Below, piece by piece: positions 27,607 to 41,256 of a DNA stretch of 64,000 nucleotides (position 1 is the stretch's first letter; each line of letters starts with the position of its first letter). Position numbers and translations under genes: made by a program. Under the pieces are notes generated by a model that was not told the DNA's origin, searched no databases, and saw nothing but the letters and a program-made list of their open reading frames with translations. This DNA comes from Vicugna vicugna (Eukaryota): contig MU058289.1 in the NCBI GenBank assembly GCA_013265495.1, forward strand, positions 496,001 to 560,000, written 5' to 3'.

Positions 27607-28742
27607 TATTGGCTGCCCAGTCTGGGCCTACATTTCCCAGAGGCCCCTGCATCCAGTTGAGGCCATGAGACTAGTTCTGTCTAATGGACTGTGAGCAAAA
27701 GTGATAGTTCGTACTTTAAGGACAAAGTTTGATTAAAGAAAAATTTTTTACTCTGCTTTATTGAAGTATAATTGACAAAAATTGTAATATATTTAAAATG
27801 TACATGGTGATTTGATATATGTATCATTGTGAAGTTATTACCATAATCATGTTAAATAACATCACTTCTCACAGTTAACTTTTTTTTCGGTTTTGGTGAG
27901 AATGTGTAAGGTCTACTCTCTTAGCAAATTTTAAGTGTTACAACACAATGTTTTTAATCATCATCACCATGTTATACACTATATCCTCAGACCTTATTCA
28001 TCTTGTAACTGAAAGTTTTTACCCTTTTACCAGCCTGTTCCTATTTCCCCTACTCCCAGTCCCTGGCAACCACCATTCTACTTTCTGTTCTTATGAGTTT
28101 TGCTTTTTTACATTCCACAAATAAGTGATATATAGCATTTGTTTATCCTCTGCTGCATTTCGCTTAGCATAATGCCATCAAATTCTATTCATACTGTTGC
28201 AAATGGCAGGATTTCGTTTTTCCCATGGCTTAATAATAATCCTTTGTTTAGAGATACCAAATCCTTTTTATCTCTTAATCTGTTGATGGACACTTAGGTT
28301 GTTTCCATATCTTGGCTGTTATGAATAAAGCTGCATTGAATGCGGGAGTTCAGACATCTCTTTTAGACAGCGATTTTATTTCCTTTAGATACACACCCAG
28401 AAGTGAGATTGCTGATTCATTTGGTAGTTCTATTTTTAAATTATTGAGGAGCCTCCATACTGTTTTTCATAGTGACTGCACCAATTTACATTCCACCAAC
28501 AGTGTACAAGGGTTCATTTTCAGGCCAAGGCTTTTAAAAAACATGTGGGGGTTTTCTACTGTCATCATCATCAAAGGATTCTAAGCCCTTAGGCGATGGT
28601 GTAATCACCAAGCGGAAGGAGCCTAGATCCCTTGCCCACATTGGCAAGTTCTGTGAGTGAGAAAAAAAACTTTTATGTTGTGAGCTACTAAAATGGTGGG
28701 GTCTATTTGTTACAGCCGCTAGCATGACCCTGAAGAATATAC
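27607..28742. mobile_element. MLT1-type LTR interrupted by an antisense L1 3' fragment (about 27745-28517); repeated in the other units
   Basis: MLT1-like halves (acatttcccagaggcc...actagttctgtctaatgga and gtgagtgagaaa...ttgttacagc) flank L1 3' UTR sequence. Counterparts near 39555-41508, 45877-47030, 51895-52600 and 58270-58975. Confidence 0.7.
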
Positions 28743-29139
28743 TTTCTACACATCATTGCTCTCTAGCCTTGTGCATCTCAAACTATTTGTGGCTGTGGAG
28801 TAGGACCTGTTGTTTGATTTCTCCAATCTGTCATGGACTGATCCTTTTGGTCTGTACCCTGTTCAAGGCAAGCCTATTTCATATACTTGGATGTCATGAC
28901 AATGTCAAATTGCTGTAAGTTTTCAAAATACCTACTGGCAATTTATGCACTTACCTTATTGCAGACCGTTAGTAGTGGTGGACCAGTACTGGCACTGCTT
29001 TAGCTTATTACTCTGTTTTATTTTTCTCTGTAGCATTTACCATTCCCTGTAATTATTTATATATTTGTTCATGGCTTTCTTCCCCACTAGAATGTGGGGA
29101 AGCTTACTAGATGTAAGCTCTATCAGAAGGGGATCTTGT

Positions 29140-29270
29140 GGGGAGGGAAGGGTATAGCTCAGTGCGTGCTTAGCATGCATGAGATCCTGGGTTCAATTCC
29201 CAGTACATCCATTAAAAAATGAATAAATAAATAAACCTAATCCCACGTCCCCCCTCTCCAAAAAAAAGAG
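29140..29270 (+). mobile_element. tRNA-derived SINE, unique to unit 1
   Basis: gggtatagctcagtg...gggttcaattcccagtac head with A-rich tail. Flanks agaaggggat and agaaagggat resemble a target-site duplication. Confidence 0.78.
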
Positions 29271-30019
29271 AAAGGGATTTTATTTATGTTCTGTTGCAAT
29301 TTTAGTTCCTAGTACAGTGCCTGGTATTTTGTAAGTGCTCAGAAAGTTTGTTTTGTTTGATGATGAATAAATCTCTAACTTGGTGGGTGGAGAGGAGAGA
29401 AGGCAATCCATACCTACTACAGAAACTCTCTACAATCGAATTTCCAAATTCCAACTAGTTCACTGACAGCTGCTTGACTCCCTGGTTTTCTGATAGACCA
29501 CAAGTACCCCAGGTTAGGTCTGGCCTCTTACAACCCACCTCCCTAGGTTTCCCCTATTAGAGATTGGACCACTCTATTGTCACTGTCTGGTGATATGTCT
29601 TTCACATTGGTTTATAAGTTCAGAGTGGGTAGGGGTAGTACTTAAGTGGTGACTACTGTGTCCCCAGAGTCAGGCAGCACAGTCAGGGCCCTTGGTTGGC
29701 ATAAATAAATCAATGGCACAAATGCATGCATGTGGGCAGAGGGGAGACTGTCCTGGGGGAAACAGTGCCCTACCCTGTCTCCCATGGTCCACATCTCAAC
29801 AGGGTCCCAGGGTTGGCCTTGAGCTCTGGTCCAGTGTGATACCTGAGCTACCACTTCCTTCTCCCATCAACCATCTCAAGGTGCTGCCTCAGGTTGGCAA
29901 CACTTGGCACACCAGACATTGAGGGCCAGGTGTCTCATTTGGCCCAAATGGATACTTAGAGCCGAGGTAAGTAACAGTGGTGGATATATTTGATTTTTTT
30001 TTATGAACTGGAGAAGAGG

Positions 30020-31564
30020 TTACCGAGAAAATAAGTCCATCATGCAGAAAATCAAGAGGCTGAGTATGATGACGCTTCCCAAAATAATCCCCAAGGCTGC
30101 AATGTAGAAGACTTGGTAGGAGGTCTCGGCTGCCATGGCTCGGTCATTCCATTTGTTGCTGTGCCTTGTCTGATTTGAGGCGAGAAGTAGAACAGGAATA
30201 CATGGGCTTACAAAGGTTATTGTACAGGGGATGAGCCATGGGACTGTAAGAACACAGGATGGGGACCTAAACGAATAGGAGGGATACAAGGAAGGATTCG
30301 ATTCAGCGTTATGACCAGGATGGAAGGTGAGGGGAGGCAAAGATTAGCATGACTGAGACCCCCACCTGGATAGAGAAGATCATTGCTACAATGCCTATGG
30401 GGAAACACAGGATGAGGGCCAAAATCGACAGGCACATATGGTCTTTGGGGGGCTTGGTAGGCAAAATTTCAAACGCCTGGGAGTTGAAAGTGGGTTATGG
30501 CTCAGTATGGCTTCTGGACTCTAACCTCCCCTCTGACCTCTTCCCTTTTCACCTTCTTTCTCCTATAAAGTCTTCACTGACACCCTTTAAAATTCTCACT
30601 GACTCCTTTTACCTCCCACCCCATTCCCTCTAACTTCTCTCTGTTTCCTTAAATACCTCTCTGTCCTCTATCCTCCCAGCCCCCACTCCACCCCTTGCCC
30701 TATAATCCCTGTCCCTTCTCTGTAACCCTTTCCCGGTCTTCTGTAACCTCCTCCCTGTCTTCTATAACTGCCTTGCGGATCCCTACAGCAAGTCTTACTT
30801 GGCCCCTTCCACTGTCCCACTTACTGACACTGATGACTCTCACTTGGCCTCCTTGTACCTCAGCTGACCCACTGTCACACTTGTTCCCATTAACACCCTC
30901 ATTGTCCCCCAAGAAACCTTCTCTTTGCCCCTATAAACCCCTACCCTCACTCGACACTCTCACTTTTCATCTATAAAACCTTCATTGTGCCCGTTTAAAA
31001 TTCTCAACTTATACAAACTTCTCATGACCTCAGTGACTCTCTCCTTGTCCCATCTATAATATTCCTCACTTTGTATCTATGAATCTTTCACGGTTCTGCA
31101 ATGACCCGTATTGTTCACCCATAAACTTGTCCCCTCACCCCACCCTCCCAACCTCTCACTTGGCTCCTCTAAGATCCTTTTTGAGCAACTATAAATTCTA
31201 AGTCCTCTCCAAGTTCACTCATTGCCTCTTCTCTGTCCTCGTATAAAGGCCTACCCTGACTCCCATTAACACCTTCTCTCCACCTCTTAAACCAGCTTCA
31301 TGACCCTGTGAACTGCCTGTACACTTAAGAGCCTCCCTGTTCTAGACCCATGCTCCCGCTAAATATTTCTCTACTTATAACACCCTCTCTTCCGCTTACA
31401 AAACACTCTTTGTCCTCTCATTCCCCTCAATCCATGCTAGCTCTCTCCCTCCCACCCTATCCCCCCACAAATTTCCTCCCTGCCCCCTCAAACACCCCCA
31501 TTAGGGCATCTGGATCTGGCTACATGGAGCCTCTCCTTCACTCCAACCCGCCAGGGATTGCCAT
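30020..31564 (-). CDS. CD225/dispanin family small membrane protein, PMIS2-like copy 1 (87 aa; GC donor after the ATG exon)
   Basis: Exons 31562-31564 (ATG), 30366-30476 and 30020-30169 give M-AFEILPTKPPKDHMCLSILALILCFPIGIVAMIFSIQ-TRHSNKWNDRAMAAETSYQVFYIAALGIILGSVIILSLLIFCMMDLFSR*. The P-x-D-H, C-x-P-x-G-x-x-A and S-x-x-T pattern with two hydrophobic segments is characteristic of CD225. Confidence 0.8.
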
Positions 31565-31739
31565 GGAGACCACGCAGGCCCTGCCTCTTACCCTGTCTCT
31601 TCTCCTATTGGCTGGTTGGATGTTGCGTGTTGGGGAGGGGAAAGCCCATACTAGCCTGGCTGCTGATTGGTCTAATATAGTGCAGGTCCCTTCTAATCTC
31701 TCGGGTGATTGATCAATTCTGGAAGTTATTTTTACTGCA

Positions 31740-34450
31740 GTTTAGTTTTGAGAGTCATTTTTATATACATCGGATACAAGTACTTTGTCAAATATGTGAT
31801 TTGCAATTATTATGTTTGGTTGGTTATCTTTTCATTTTCTGTCATTTGCAGAGCAAAATTTTTTTTTAATACTGATAGAGTATACATATTTTTTTCTTTT
31901 AAGAAGGTGCTTTTTGTATCATGTTTAAAAACCCTCTGCCTAACCCAGTGTCAGAAATATTTTCTCCTGTATTTTCTTCTAAATAAGTTGATAGATTTAC
32001 ATTATACATTTAGGGCTATGATCCATATTGAGTTTATGTTTGTATAAAATGTGAAGTTTTAGTCAAGATTAATTTTTTTTTGAACACAGATTTTCACTTA
32101 GTCTAACGTCAATAGATAGTCTTTCTCAATAAATTGCCTTTGGACTTATTTAAAAATAAATTGGCCATATTTATGAGTCTCTTTCTGCACTACTTATTCT
32201 GTTCTTTTGATCTGTATCTCTGTCTGTTGGCAACACCACACTGTCTTATTAATGTAACTTTACAATGATTCTTAAAATTAGGTAGCAGGAATATTCCAAC
32301 ATAGTCCTCTACTTCAGGATTGTTTTGACTATGCTTTTCTAGAGGTACAAACCTTGTTGGTCTTTTAATAGAAATTACATTAGAATTTCATATCAGTTTC
32401 AGAGGATGTTGAGCCTTCCAACTAACAACCATGGGAAGGCTCTCCCTTTATTAGATCTTTTTTTTTTTAATGTGTTTTTTGTGTTGTTGTTGTTGTTAAT
32501 AGAGATACTGGGGATTGAATCCAGGACCTCATACATGGTTCTACCATTGAGCTATCCCCTCCGCACTGTTAAGTCTTCTTTTATTTCTTTCATCAACAGC
32601 AGTAGTTTATTTTTTTTTAGTTTTTAAAATTGATTTATAATCATTTTACAATGTTGTGTCAAATTCCAGTGTAGAGCACAATTTTTGAGTTATACATGAA
32701 CACATACATATTCATTGTCACATTTTTTTCTCTGTGCGCTACCATAAGATCTTGTATATATTTCCCTGTGCTATACAGTATAATCTTTTTTTTTAAATTT
32801 TTTATTGATTTATAATCATTTTACAATGTTGTGTCAAATTCCAGTGTTCAGCACAATTTTTCAGTCATTCATGGACATATACACACTCATTGTCACATTT
32901 TTTTCTCTGTGAGTTATCATAACATTTTGTGTATATATACACAGTATAATCTTGTTTATCTATTCTACATTTTGAAATCCCAGTCTATCCCTTCCTACCC
33001 ATTGCCCCCTTGGCAACCACAAGTTTGTGTTCTATGAACAACAGTAGTTTAAACCCACAGCTTGTACATGAAATATTTTTGACTTATACTCATCTACTTA
33101 ATTTTCCTGAGCTATTGTAAATGGTATTAATTTTTAAAAAATTGCTTTCTAATTGTTCACAGGTGGTATATGAAAATATAATAGATTTTCATGGTGATAT
33201 TGCAACGTATGATTTTGCTAAACTCATTTTATTAATTCTAGGAGGTTTTTTTTTTTTTGGCAGATTCCTTGGGGTTATCCTTATAGACCATCATGTTGAC
33301 TGCAAGTAAGGGTAATTTTATTTATTCCTTTAAAATCTGTATGTCTCTTCTTCCTTTTTCTGACTTATTGTGCTGATTAGAACTTTCAGTCTGATGTGGA
33401 ATAGGATTGGTGAGACTGGACTTGGTCTTGCTTTTGTTGCAAATTTTAGGAAAAACGCCTTTTCTCTTTCCTGGGAGAAGCCCCAGTTGGTGATGGTGTA
33501 TTCTACTTAGATACTTCTGTTTTTGGTTTTCTAATATTTCATTGAGAAAATTTCTGTCTATATTCATAAGAGATGTTGGTCTGTAGTGTTCTGTACACAG
33601 TTGATATCTGACTATCAGTTAATGTCAAGGTAATGCTGGCCTCAAACAATAAGTTGGGAAATACTCCCTTCTCTTCTATTTTCTGGCAAAGATTATGTGG
33701 AAATGATGTTATTTGTTTGGTATAATTTACCAGTGAAACTATCTGTGTCTGGTCTATTTCAGAAAGTTTTTATTACAAAATCTGTTTCTTTAATAGGTAA
33801 AAAATTATTCAAATAATCTCTTTGTCCTTGATACATTTTGAGTTTTTCTTTTTGAAGAACAGGTCAATTTACTCTAAAGGTGCAGAATTTATATGTGAAG
33901 AGTTGTTTCTAGTAGTCCTTTATTTTCCGTTTAATGTCTTGGGAGTCTGTAGTGATAGTTTCTCCTTCAATTCTGACATTGGCCATTTGTGTCTTCTTCT
34001 TTCTTTATTTTGTCAGCCTTACAAGAGATTTATCAACTTATTGATCTTTTCAAAGAAACCGCTTTTGGTTTAATTGATTTTCTCTATTTTTTCCTTTTCA
34101 ATTTCATTGATTTCCACTCTTATATCTTCTTTCTTCTCTTTTCCTTTGGTTTATTTTGCTCTTATTTTTCCAGTTTCTTAGATTGGAAGCTTCAATGTTA
34201 ATTTGAGACTTCTTTATTTTCTAATACAAGCATGTGAAGTTGTACATTTCCTTCTAAGCACTGCTTTAGCTGCATCCCACATATTTTGATATGTTCTCTA
34301 CTTCATTTTCGATCAGTTAAAAGCATTTTCTAATTTCCCTTGATTCATGAATTATTTCAACTTGCACGGTTTATTTCCCAAGTGTTTGGATATTTTCCTG
34401 TTATCTTTCTGTTATTGATTCCTAGATTACTTTTATTATGGTCAGCACAT
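31740..34450 (-). mobile_element. Old L1 remnant with nested SINE (about 32460-32562) and young L1 3' fragments (about 32609-33036)
   Basis: Decayed antisense ORF2 sequence. The young insert is flanked by aacagcagtagttt (32595-32608) and aacaacagtagttt (33037-33050). Confidence 0.7.
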
Positions 34451-35097
34451 TAATTTTTTATTCCTATGTGACAAATCACGCTACACTTTAGTGACTTAAA
34501 ACAGCAGCCATATATTGGCTCACAGTTCCAAGGGTGAGAAATCCAGGAAAGGTGTGGCTGAATTCTCTGCTCGGGTTCTCACAAGGCTGAGATCTGTGTC
34601 TGCTGAAACGTGCTCCCATCTGGAGCTCCAGATGCTCTTCCAGGCTCATGTGGTTGTGGCAGAATTCAGTTCTTTATGATTTTGGGACTGAGCCCATTCT
34701 CTTTTCTTTGCTGGCTAGCTGTTGGGTTCTGGTCTCAGTTTCTAAAGTATACCTGCATTCCTTGCTGTGTGGTCCTGTTCACCTTCAAAGCCATGAACGT
34801 AGAACCTCCCTCCATCAAAACCACTCTCATACTCTGTGTCTGACTTCCTCTATGTCTTACCTCCTCTGTGTCTGACCTCTAGACCCACCTTTAAAGGGCT
34901 CATCATGTGTTTAGGCTAGACCCACCCAGACCATCTTCCTTTCTTAAGGTCAGCAGTACGATATGACCTCCCCTCATCACAGGAGTTATATCCCATCATA
35001 TTCACAGTCTTAGAGATTATATAGGATTGTACCCCAGGGGCAGGATTTTTTTTTTTTGCCGTTGGGATGGGGGCACATTAGGGTTCTGCATACCACA
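34450..35097. mobile_element. MLT1-type LTR
   Basis: Typical motifs (ttagtgacttaaaacag...ctcacagttc, ggttgtggcagaattcagttc, tttaaagggctcat, taccaca end). Confidence 0.65.
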
Positions 35098-36149
35098 GTC
35101 AGATGATAATAACTTCATATGATTTGCTTTGTATGATTTTGACTCTTTGAATTTGTTAAAGTTAGTTTTGTGATCAAGGGATATGTTTTATCTTAATGAA
35201 GTTCCACTTGAAAAGAATATGTAGCTGCATTCATTTCATAGAGTGTTCTAGATCCAATTTGTGGATGGTGTGCAGTTTTTCTGTGCCCTTGGTAATTTTC
35301 TGTTACTTGTCCTGTCAGTTATTGAGAGAGGAATGTTGAAGTCTTCAGGTATAACTGTGGATTTGTGCATTTTTGTTGTTGTTCTGTCAGGTTTTGAATC
35401 ATGTATTTGGAAGCTCTGTGTTAGGTGCTCATACATTTAGGATTATAATTGTTTTCTTGTTGAATTGTCTCTTTTATCATCATTTATCGCCCCCCTTATC
35501 TTGTTAATTATTAATTAATTATCTTGTTAATTATCTCTGTTCTGATGACTACTTTGTGTGATGTACACATATAACCACCCATCTCTGTTTTGTGAGTGTT
35601 TGTATTGCATATCCCACCCCCCGTCTTTACTTTTATCCTACATACATCATTACATTTAACAGGGATTTCTTGTAGACACAAAATGGTTGGGTCTTATTTT
35701 TTCATCCCCAATTGAGAAGGTCAGGCTGTGGTCTGTTCCTGATCTCTTTTTGACAGACTTGAACTTTTCATTTTAATGCCTTTAAATCACAACTCCACAG
35801 GTGTTCAAGGTCAGCATCCCCAGCATCCCACAGGGACGTGTTAGAAATGCAGGATCCCTCACCTCTCAATCCCTGGATTTACTGAATCAAAACCTTATGG
35901 TGGGAATAACAAGGAATCTCTTTGGGGCCTCTTTTATAAGGGCATTGATCCCATACAAGGGAGCTCTGCCCTCAGGACCTAATCACTTCCCAAAGGCCCT
36001 ACATCTCAGTACCATCACACTGGGGATTATGCTTCAAACAGGTGAATTTTGGAAAGACACAAATTTAATCTATAGCAAACCGTCTCAAATTAATGATGTC
36101 AGTATTCACATTGAGTATCTGGAAAAAGAAGATCAAATTACAATAAAAG

Positions 36150-38360
36150 TAAGCAGAAGAGTCTTCTCAACAAATGGTACTGGGAAAGCTGGATATTCAC
36201 ATGCAAAAGAATGAAGTTGGACTCTCACCTTACACTGTACACCAAAATTAACTCAAACTGGATCAAAGGCCTAAAAATAAGATCTAAAACTCTAAAATTA
36301 TTAGAAAGAAACATAGAGAAAAGCTTCATGACATTGGACTTGGCAATGATTTCATGGCAGCAAAAACATAGACAAGAAAAGTAAAAGTAGATAAAATGGA
36401 GTACATCAAAACTAAAAACTGTGCATTGTAGGACATAACGGAGTGAAAAGGCAACCTATGGAATGTTGCTAATCATAGGTCTGATAAGGGGTTAATACTA
36501 AGACGCTATAAAGAACTCTCACCCAACAACAACAAAAATAACTTGATTAAAATATGGGCAAAGGGCTTGATGAGATATTTCTCCAAAGAAGATATGCAAA
36601 AGGCCGGTAAGCATGTGAAAATGTGCGCAATGTCACCAATCATTCCCTAATACAAAATCAGAACCACAATAAGATGCCACCTTATACCAGTCAGGATGGC
36701 TACTCTCAAATAAACCCCAGAAGTGAGACAAGGTAGTACAGAAACTGGAACCCCTGTGCGCTGTTGGTAGGAAGGCAAAATGGTGCAGGTACTACAGAAA
36801 ATAGTATGTCAGTTCATCAAAAATAAAAAAAAATAAAAGTTGAATTACCATATGATCTGATGATTTCACTTCTAGGTATATATCCAGAAGAATTGAAAAT
36901 ACCCATGTTTTCAAATGAATTTGCACACCCATGTTCATAACAGCATTATTCACAGCAGCCAAAAGGTGATAGCAACCCACATGTCCACTGATGGATGAAT
37001 AAATAAAACATGAAATATATATATATGTATACTATTCAGCCTTAAAAAGAAAGGAGGTTCTGATAAATGCTACAATATGGATGGACCTTGAGAACATTAT
37101 GCTAAGTGCAGTAAGCTAATTACAAAGAGACAAATCCACTTATATAAGGAATTCACTTATATAGGGAATTTCACTTATATAAGGAATCTAGAGTAGTCAG
37201 ATTCATACAGACAGAAAGCAAAATGGTGATTGTCAAGGGCTGGTGGGAGGGAGAGTATGGGGAGCTGTGTTTAATAGAGTTTTAGTATTACAGGATGAAA
37301 AGAATTTTGGAAACTTGTTGAACAACAATATGAAAAGTACCTAACACCCCTGAGCTGTACACTTAATATCTGTAAGATGGTAATTTTTGTGTTATGTATA
37401 TTTTACTATAATTTTAAATGCCATTTACAATAGTGTCAAAAATATTAAACAATTTGAGATAAATCTGACAAAATATATGCCATATCTATACATTGAAAAT
37501 TACAAAACATTGGTGAGAGATTTTAAAGAAGCCCTATGTAAATGGAAAGATATACCATGCTCATAGATCAAAAGACACAAAATATTGCTAAGACGTCAGT
37601 TTTCCTCTAATTTATCTGTAGAGTCAATGCGATTCCAATAAAAACAGGCCTTTAAAAATGTTTTAAATAGAAATTTACAAGATTATTCCTAAGTTCAGAT
37701 GTAAATAAAAAAGAACTACAATAGCCAAAACAACTTTGAAAAAGAGGAATAGAGTGGGAGAACTCACAGTCTTTGACTTCAAGGCCTATTATAAGGCACA
37801 GAAATCAAGAAAGTGTGGTTTTAATCTCAAGATAGAGAAATAGATCAATGGAAGGATGCAACCTATTTTCAGTCCAGAAATAGACCTTAACGTATGTGAG
37901 CATCTGAGTTTTTAAAGATGTGCAGAGGAGATTCAGTGGAGAAGGCCAGTTTTTCAACAAATGTCCCTGGAATGATTGGATATCTATATGCAGAAGATAA
38001 ACTTAGATGCATACTTTGTATCCAACAAAAATGAACTCAACATAGATCCTAGACCTAAATGTAAACTACAGCCATAGAACTTCTAGAGGAGGACAAAAAA
38101 GAAACCTCGGGTTAGGCAAATATTTCTTAGATTCAACAACAGAAACATGATCTGTGAAAAAAAGAAAGAAAGAAATTGACAAAACGACCATCTTCAAAAT
38201 TAAAACTTCTGCTCTTCAAAAGACACTGTTCAGAGAATTAGAAGACAAGCTACAGACTGGAAAAATCTGATAAAAGACTTGCTTCCAGAACATATCATGA
38301 ATTCTCAAAACTCAGTAATAAGAAAACAAACAATCCGATAAAAATGGGCAAAAGATGGAA
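36150..38360 (+). mobile_element. L1 fragments (ORF2 end and 3' UTR, followed by a further ORF2 piece)
   Basis: Sense L1 motifs (tcttctcaacaaatggtactgggaaagctggatattcacatgcaaaagaatgaagttgga; cacacccatgttcataacagcattattcac). Confidence 0.8.
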
Positions 38361-40469
38361 TTTCAATAATACTCTGAAAGAATAAGTAAAAGAACAACAG
38401 AGTAAGTTCTGTAAGTAAGAAGATAATAAAGGTAAGACTAAACTTTTCTCCTAAGGGTTTAAAAAGCTAAATGCCTGGAAATTGCACTTTGAAGTTTTCT
38501 TCTCTGAGTTTCCCTGACTCCAGGTTGTAAATGATTCATCCTGTATTTAAAAAACACAGATAATGACTCAATATTCCAGCTACTTTTTAAGAGCAGTGAT
38601 GCCAACTTTAAACCTGATTAATTCTCTATCAAGGCAGATAATTCCAGCTGTAATCAGACATACTGAAAAGCACATTGACAGTGTCTCCCAAGAGGGGAGA
38701 GAACGACTTTGTCCATCTCAGCTTTTTTGTTTACTTTGTGCAATAAGGAGAAATCTTCTTTAACATAACGTCAAGTCATGGAATGAAGTTCAACAGACAG
38801 TACCAGGGGCCAAAAAAAAAAAAAAATCAGTCCAGCACGAGGTTTTGTCCTCAGCGTGTTAATTGCATATTCTTCCATCTTGGCTTCTAATTAGATTGAT
38901 TCAAAGTCGGTCAGATTCATACCAATGCACATTCTCCAACTGTCATTTTCATTCTTTTTTTTTTGCCTTTGATAACTGATGTGCATAGTCTTCATAATAA
39001 AAGCTATCACCATCAAAAAGTGAAAATTTGCCATTTACAGCAACCTGAATGGACTTGGAGGGCATTATGCAAAGTGAAATAAGTCAGAGAAAGACAAATA
39101 CTGTATGATACCACTTACATGTGGAATCTAAAAAATACGACAAACTAGTGAATAAAACTAAAGAGACGCAGACTCACAGACACAGAGAACAAACTAGTGG
39201 TTACCAGTGGGGAGAGAATGGGGAGGGGCAGTATATGGGTATGAGATTTTTTTAAAAGGGGTTATTATGGGATTGTATGAAATCATGTATGTGAAACTTT
39301 TGAAGATTGTAAAACACTGTTTAATTTAAAGGATCTTTCATTCAGTAAAATCAAACAAACAAATCACAAGTGTATTTGTTCCTCCAGACTAGAGTTAAGG
39401 TGGCACAAACATAGGTGGTCCCTGATCCTGAAAGTCTCATTTTAGCTGTGTACTTGGCCACCTGGAGTGTAGATAGCCACTGCTGGGCATCACATTGTGG
39501 TTGGGCTCCGTTTCAGGGTCTGGGATGGTTCCCTGGCTCTGTCTGGGGGTGTCATCCCAGAGGCTCCTACTTCCAGTTGAGACCATAAGACTAGTTCTGT
39601 CCAATGGATTGAGAGCAAAAATGATGTATGTTACCTTAAGCCCAAAGCTTTATATAAAAATTTTTTCCCTCTGCTTTATTGAGGTATCTTTGGCAAATAA
39701 AATTGTAATATATTTAAAATGCACAACATGGTGATTTGATATACATATCTACAGTGAAACTATTACCATAATTAAGTTAATTAGCCTATACATCACCTCA
39801 TAGTTACCTTTTATTCATTTACTTTTGGCAATGGGAGAACACTTAAGATTTACTTTTTAGACAAATTTTAAGTATATGATACATTATTAGTAACCATAGT
39901 TATCATGTTATGTATTAGCCCCTCCGATCTTATTTATCACATAACTGAAAGTTTGTGCTTTTTTTTTTTCGCCAACCTGTCCTTTCTGCCCCCACCCTCC
40001 ACTTCCTGGCAACCACCATTCTACTTTCTGTTGTTATGAGTTTGGCTTTTTTAGATTCCACATATAAGTGATATCCTACAGTACTTGTCTTTCTCTGACT
40101 TTTTTCACTTATCATAACACCCTCAAGTTCCATCCATGTTGTCTCAAATGGCAGGATTTCATGTCGCTCATGGCTTAATAATATTCCTTTGTGTATAGAT
40201 ACCAAATCCTTTTTAACTCTTAATCTAAAAATGGACACTTAAGTTTGTTTCCGTATCTTGGCTATTGTGAATAATGACGCAGTGAATGTGGGAGTCCAGA
40301 TATCTCTTTGAGATGGTGATTTTATTTCCTTTAGATATATACCCAGAAGTGGGATTACTACATCATATGTAGTTCCATTTTTAATATTTGGGGAACTTCA
40401 TCTTGTTTTCCATAGTGGTTGTCCAAATTTATAGTCTACCAATAATGTTCCTTTCAGGTCAAGGCTTTT

Positions 40470-40945
40470 TTTAAACCATTTTTTAAATTCAGGTATGGTT
40501 AATTTACAATGTTGTGTTAGTTTCAGCAGTACAGCAAAGTGATTCAGTTATACATATGTATACATACATATATATTCTTTTTCAGATTATTTTCCATTAT
40601 AGGTCATTATAAGATATTAAATAGAGTTTCCTGTGTTATAAAGTAGGTCCTTATTAACTATTTTATATATAGTGGTGTGTATATGTTAATCCCAAGCTCC
40701 TAATTTATCCCTCCCTCCCTCACTTCTTCCTTGGTAACCATAAGTTTGTTTTCTATGTCTCTGAGTCTATTCCTGTTTTGTAAATAAGTTAATTTGTATC
40801 ATGTTTTATATTCCACATATTAGTGATAGTGTATAATATTTCTCTTTCGCTGTCTGACTTACTTCACTTAATATGATAATGTCTAGATCCATTCATTTGC
40901 TGCAAATGGCATTATTTCAATCTTTTTATGGCTGAGTAATATTCC

Positions 40946-40990
<45 letters not shown>

Positions 40991-41256
40991 NNNNNNNNNN
41001 NNNNNNNNNNNTATATATATATATATATATATATATACCACTTCTTCTTTATCCATTTGCCTGTCAATGGACATTTAGGTTGCTTCCATGTCTTGGCTAT
41101 TGTAAACAGTGCAACTATGGACATTGGGGTGTATGTATCTTTTTGAATTAGAGTTTTCTCTGGATATATGCCCAGGAGTGGGATTGTTAGACCATATGGT
41201 AACCCTGTTTTTAGTTTTTTAAGGAACCTCCATACTGTCCTCCATAGTGGCTGCAC
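40470..41256 (-). mobile_element. Younger L1 3' fragment specific to unit 2, containing a (GT)n/(TA)n microsatellite and a gap
   Basis: Perfect 15-bp duplication caggtcaaggctttt at 40455-40469 and 41257-41271. ORF2 C-terminal translation in ORF 40912-41280. Confidence 0.88.
40948..41036. repeat. (GT)n, 21-nt N gap (40991-41011), then (TA)n
   Basis: Directly visible. Confidence 0.98.

Noticed and set aside
29955..30023. Possible 69-nt intron overlapping the stop codon (G|GTAAC...TAAG) that would extend the C-terminus
   Set aside because: Very short with a weak pyrimidine tract. The acceptor AG is lost in copy 2 and the downstream frame is not conserved between copies 1 and 4.
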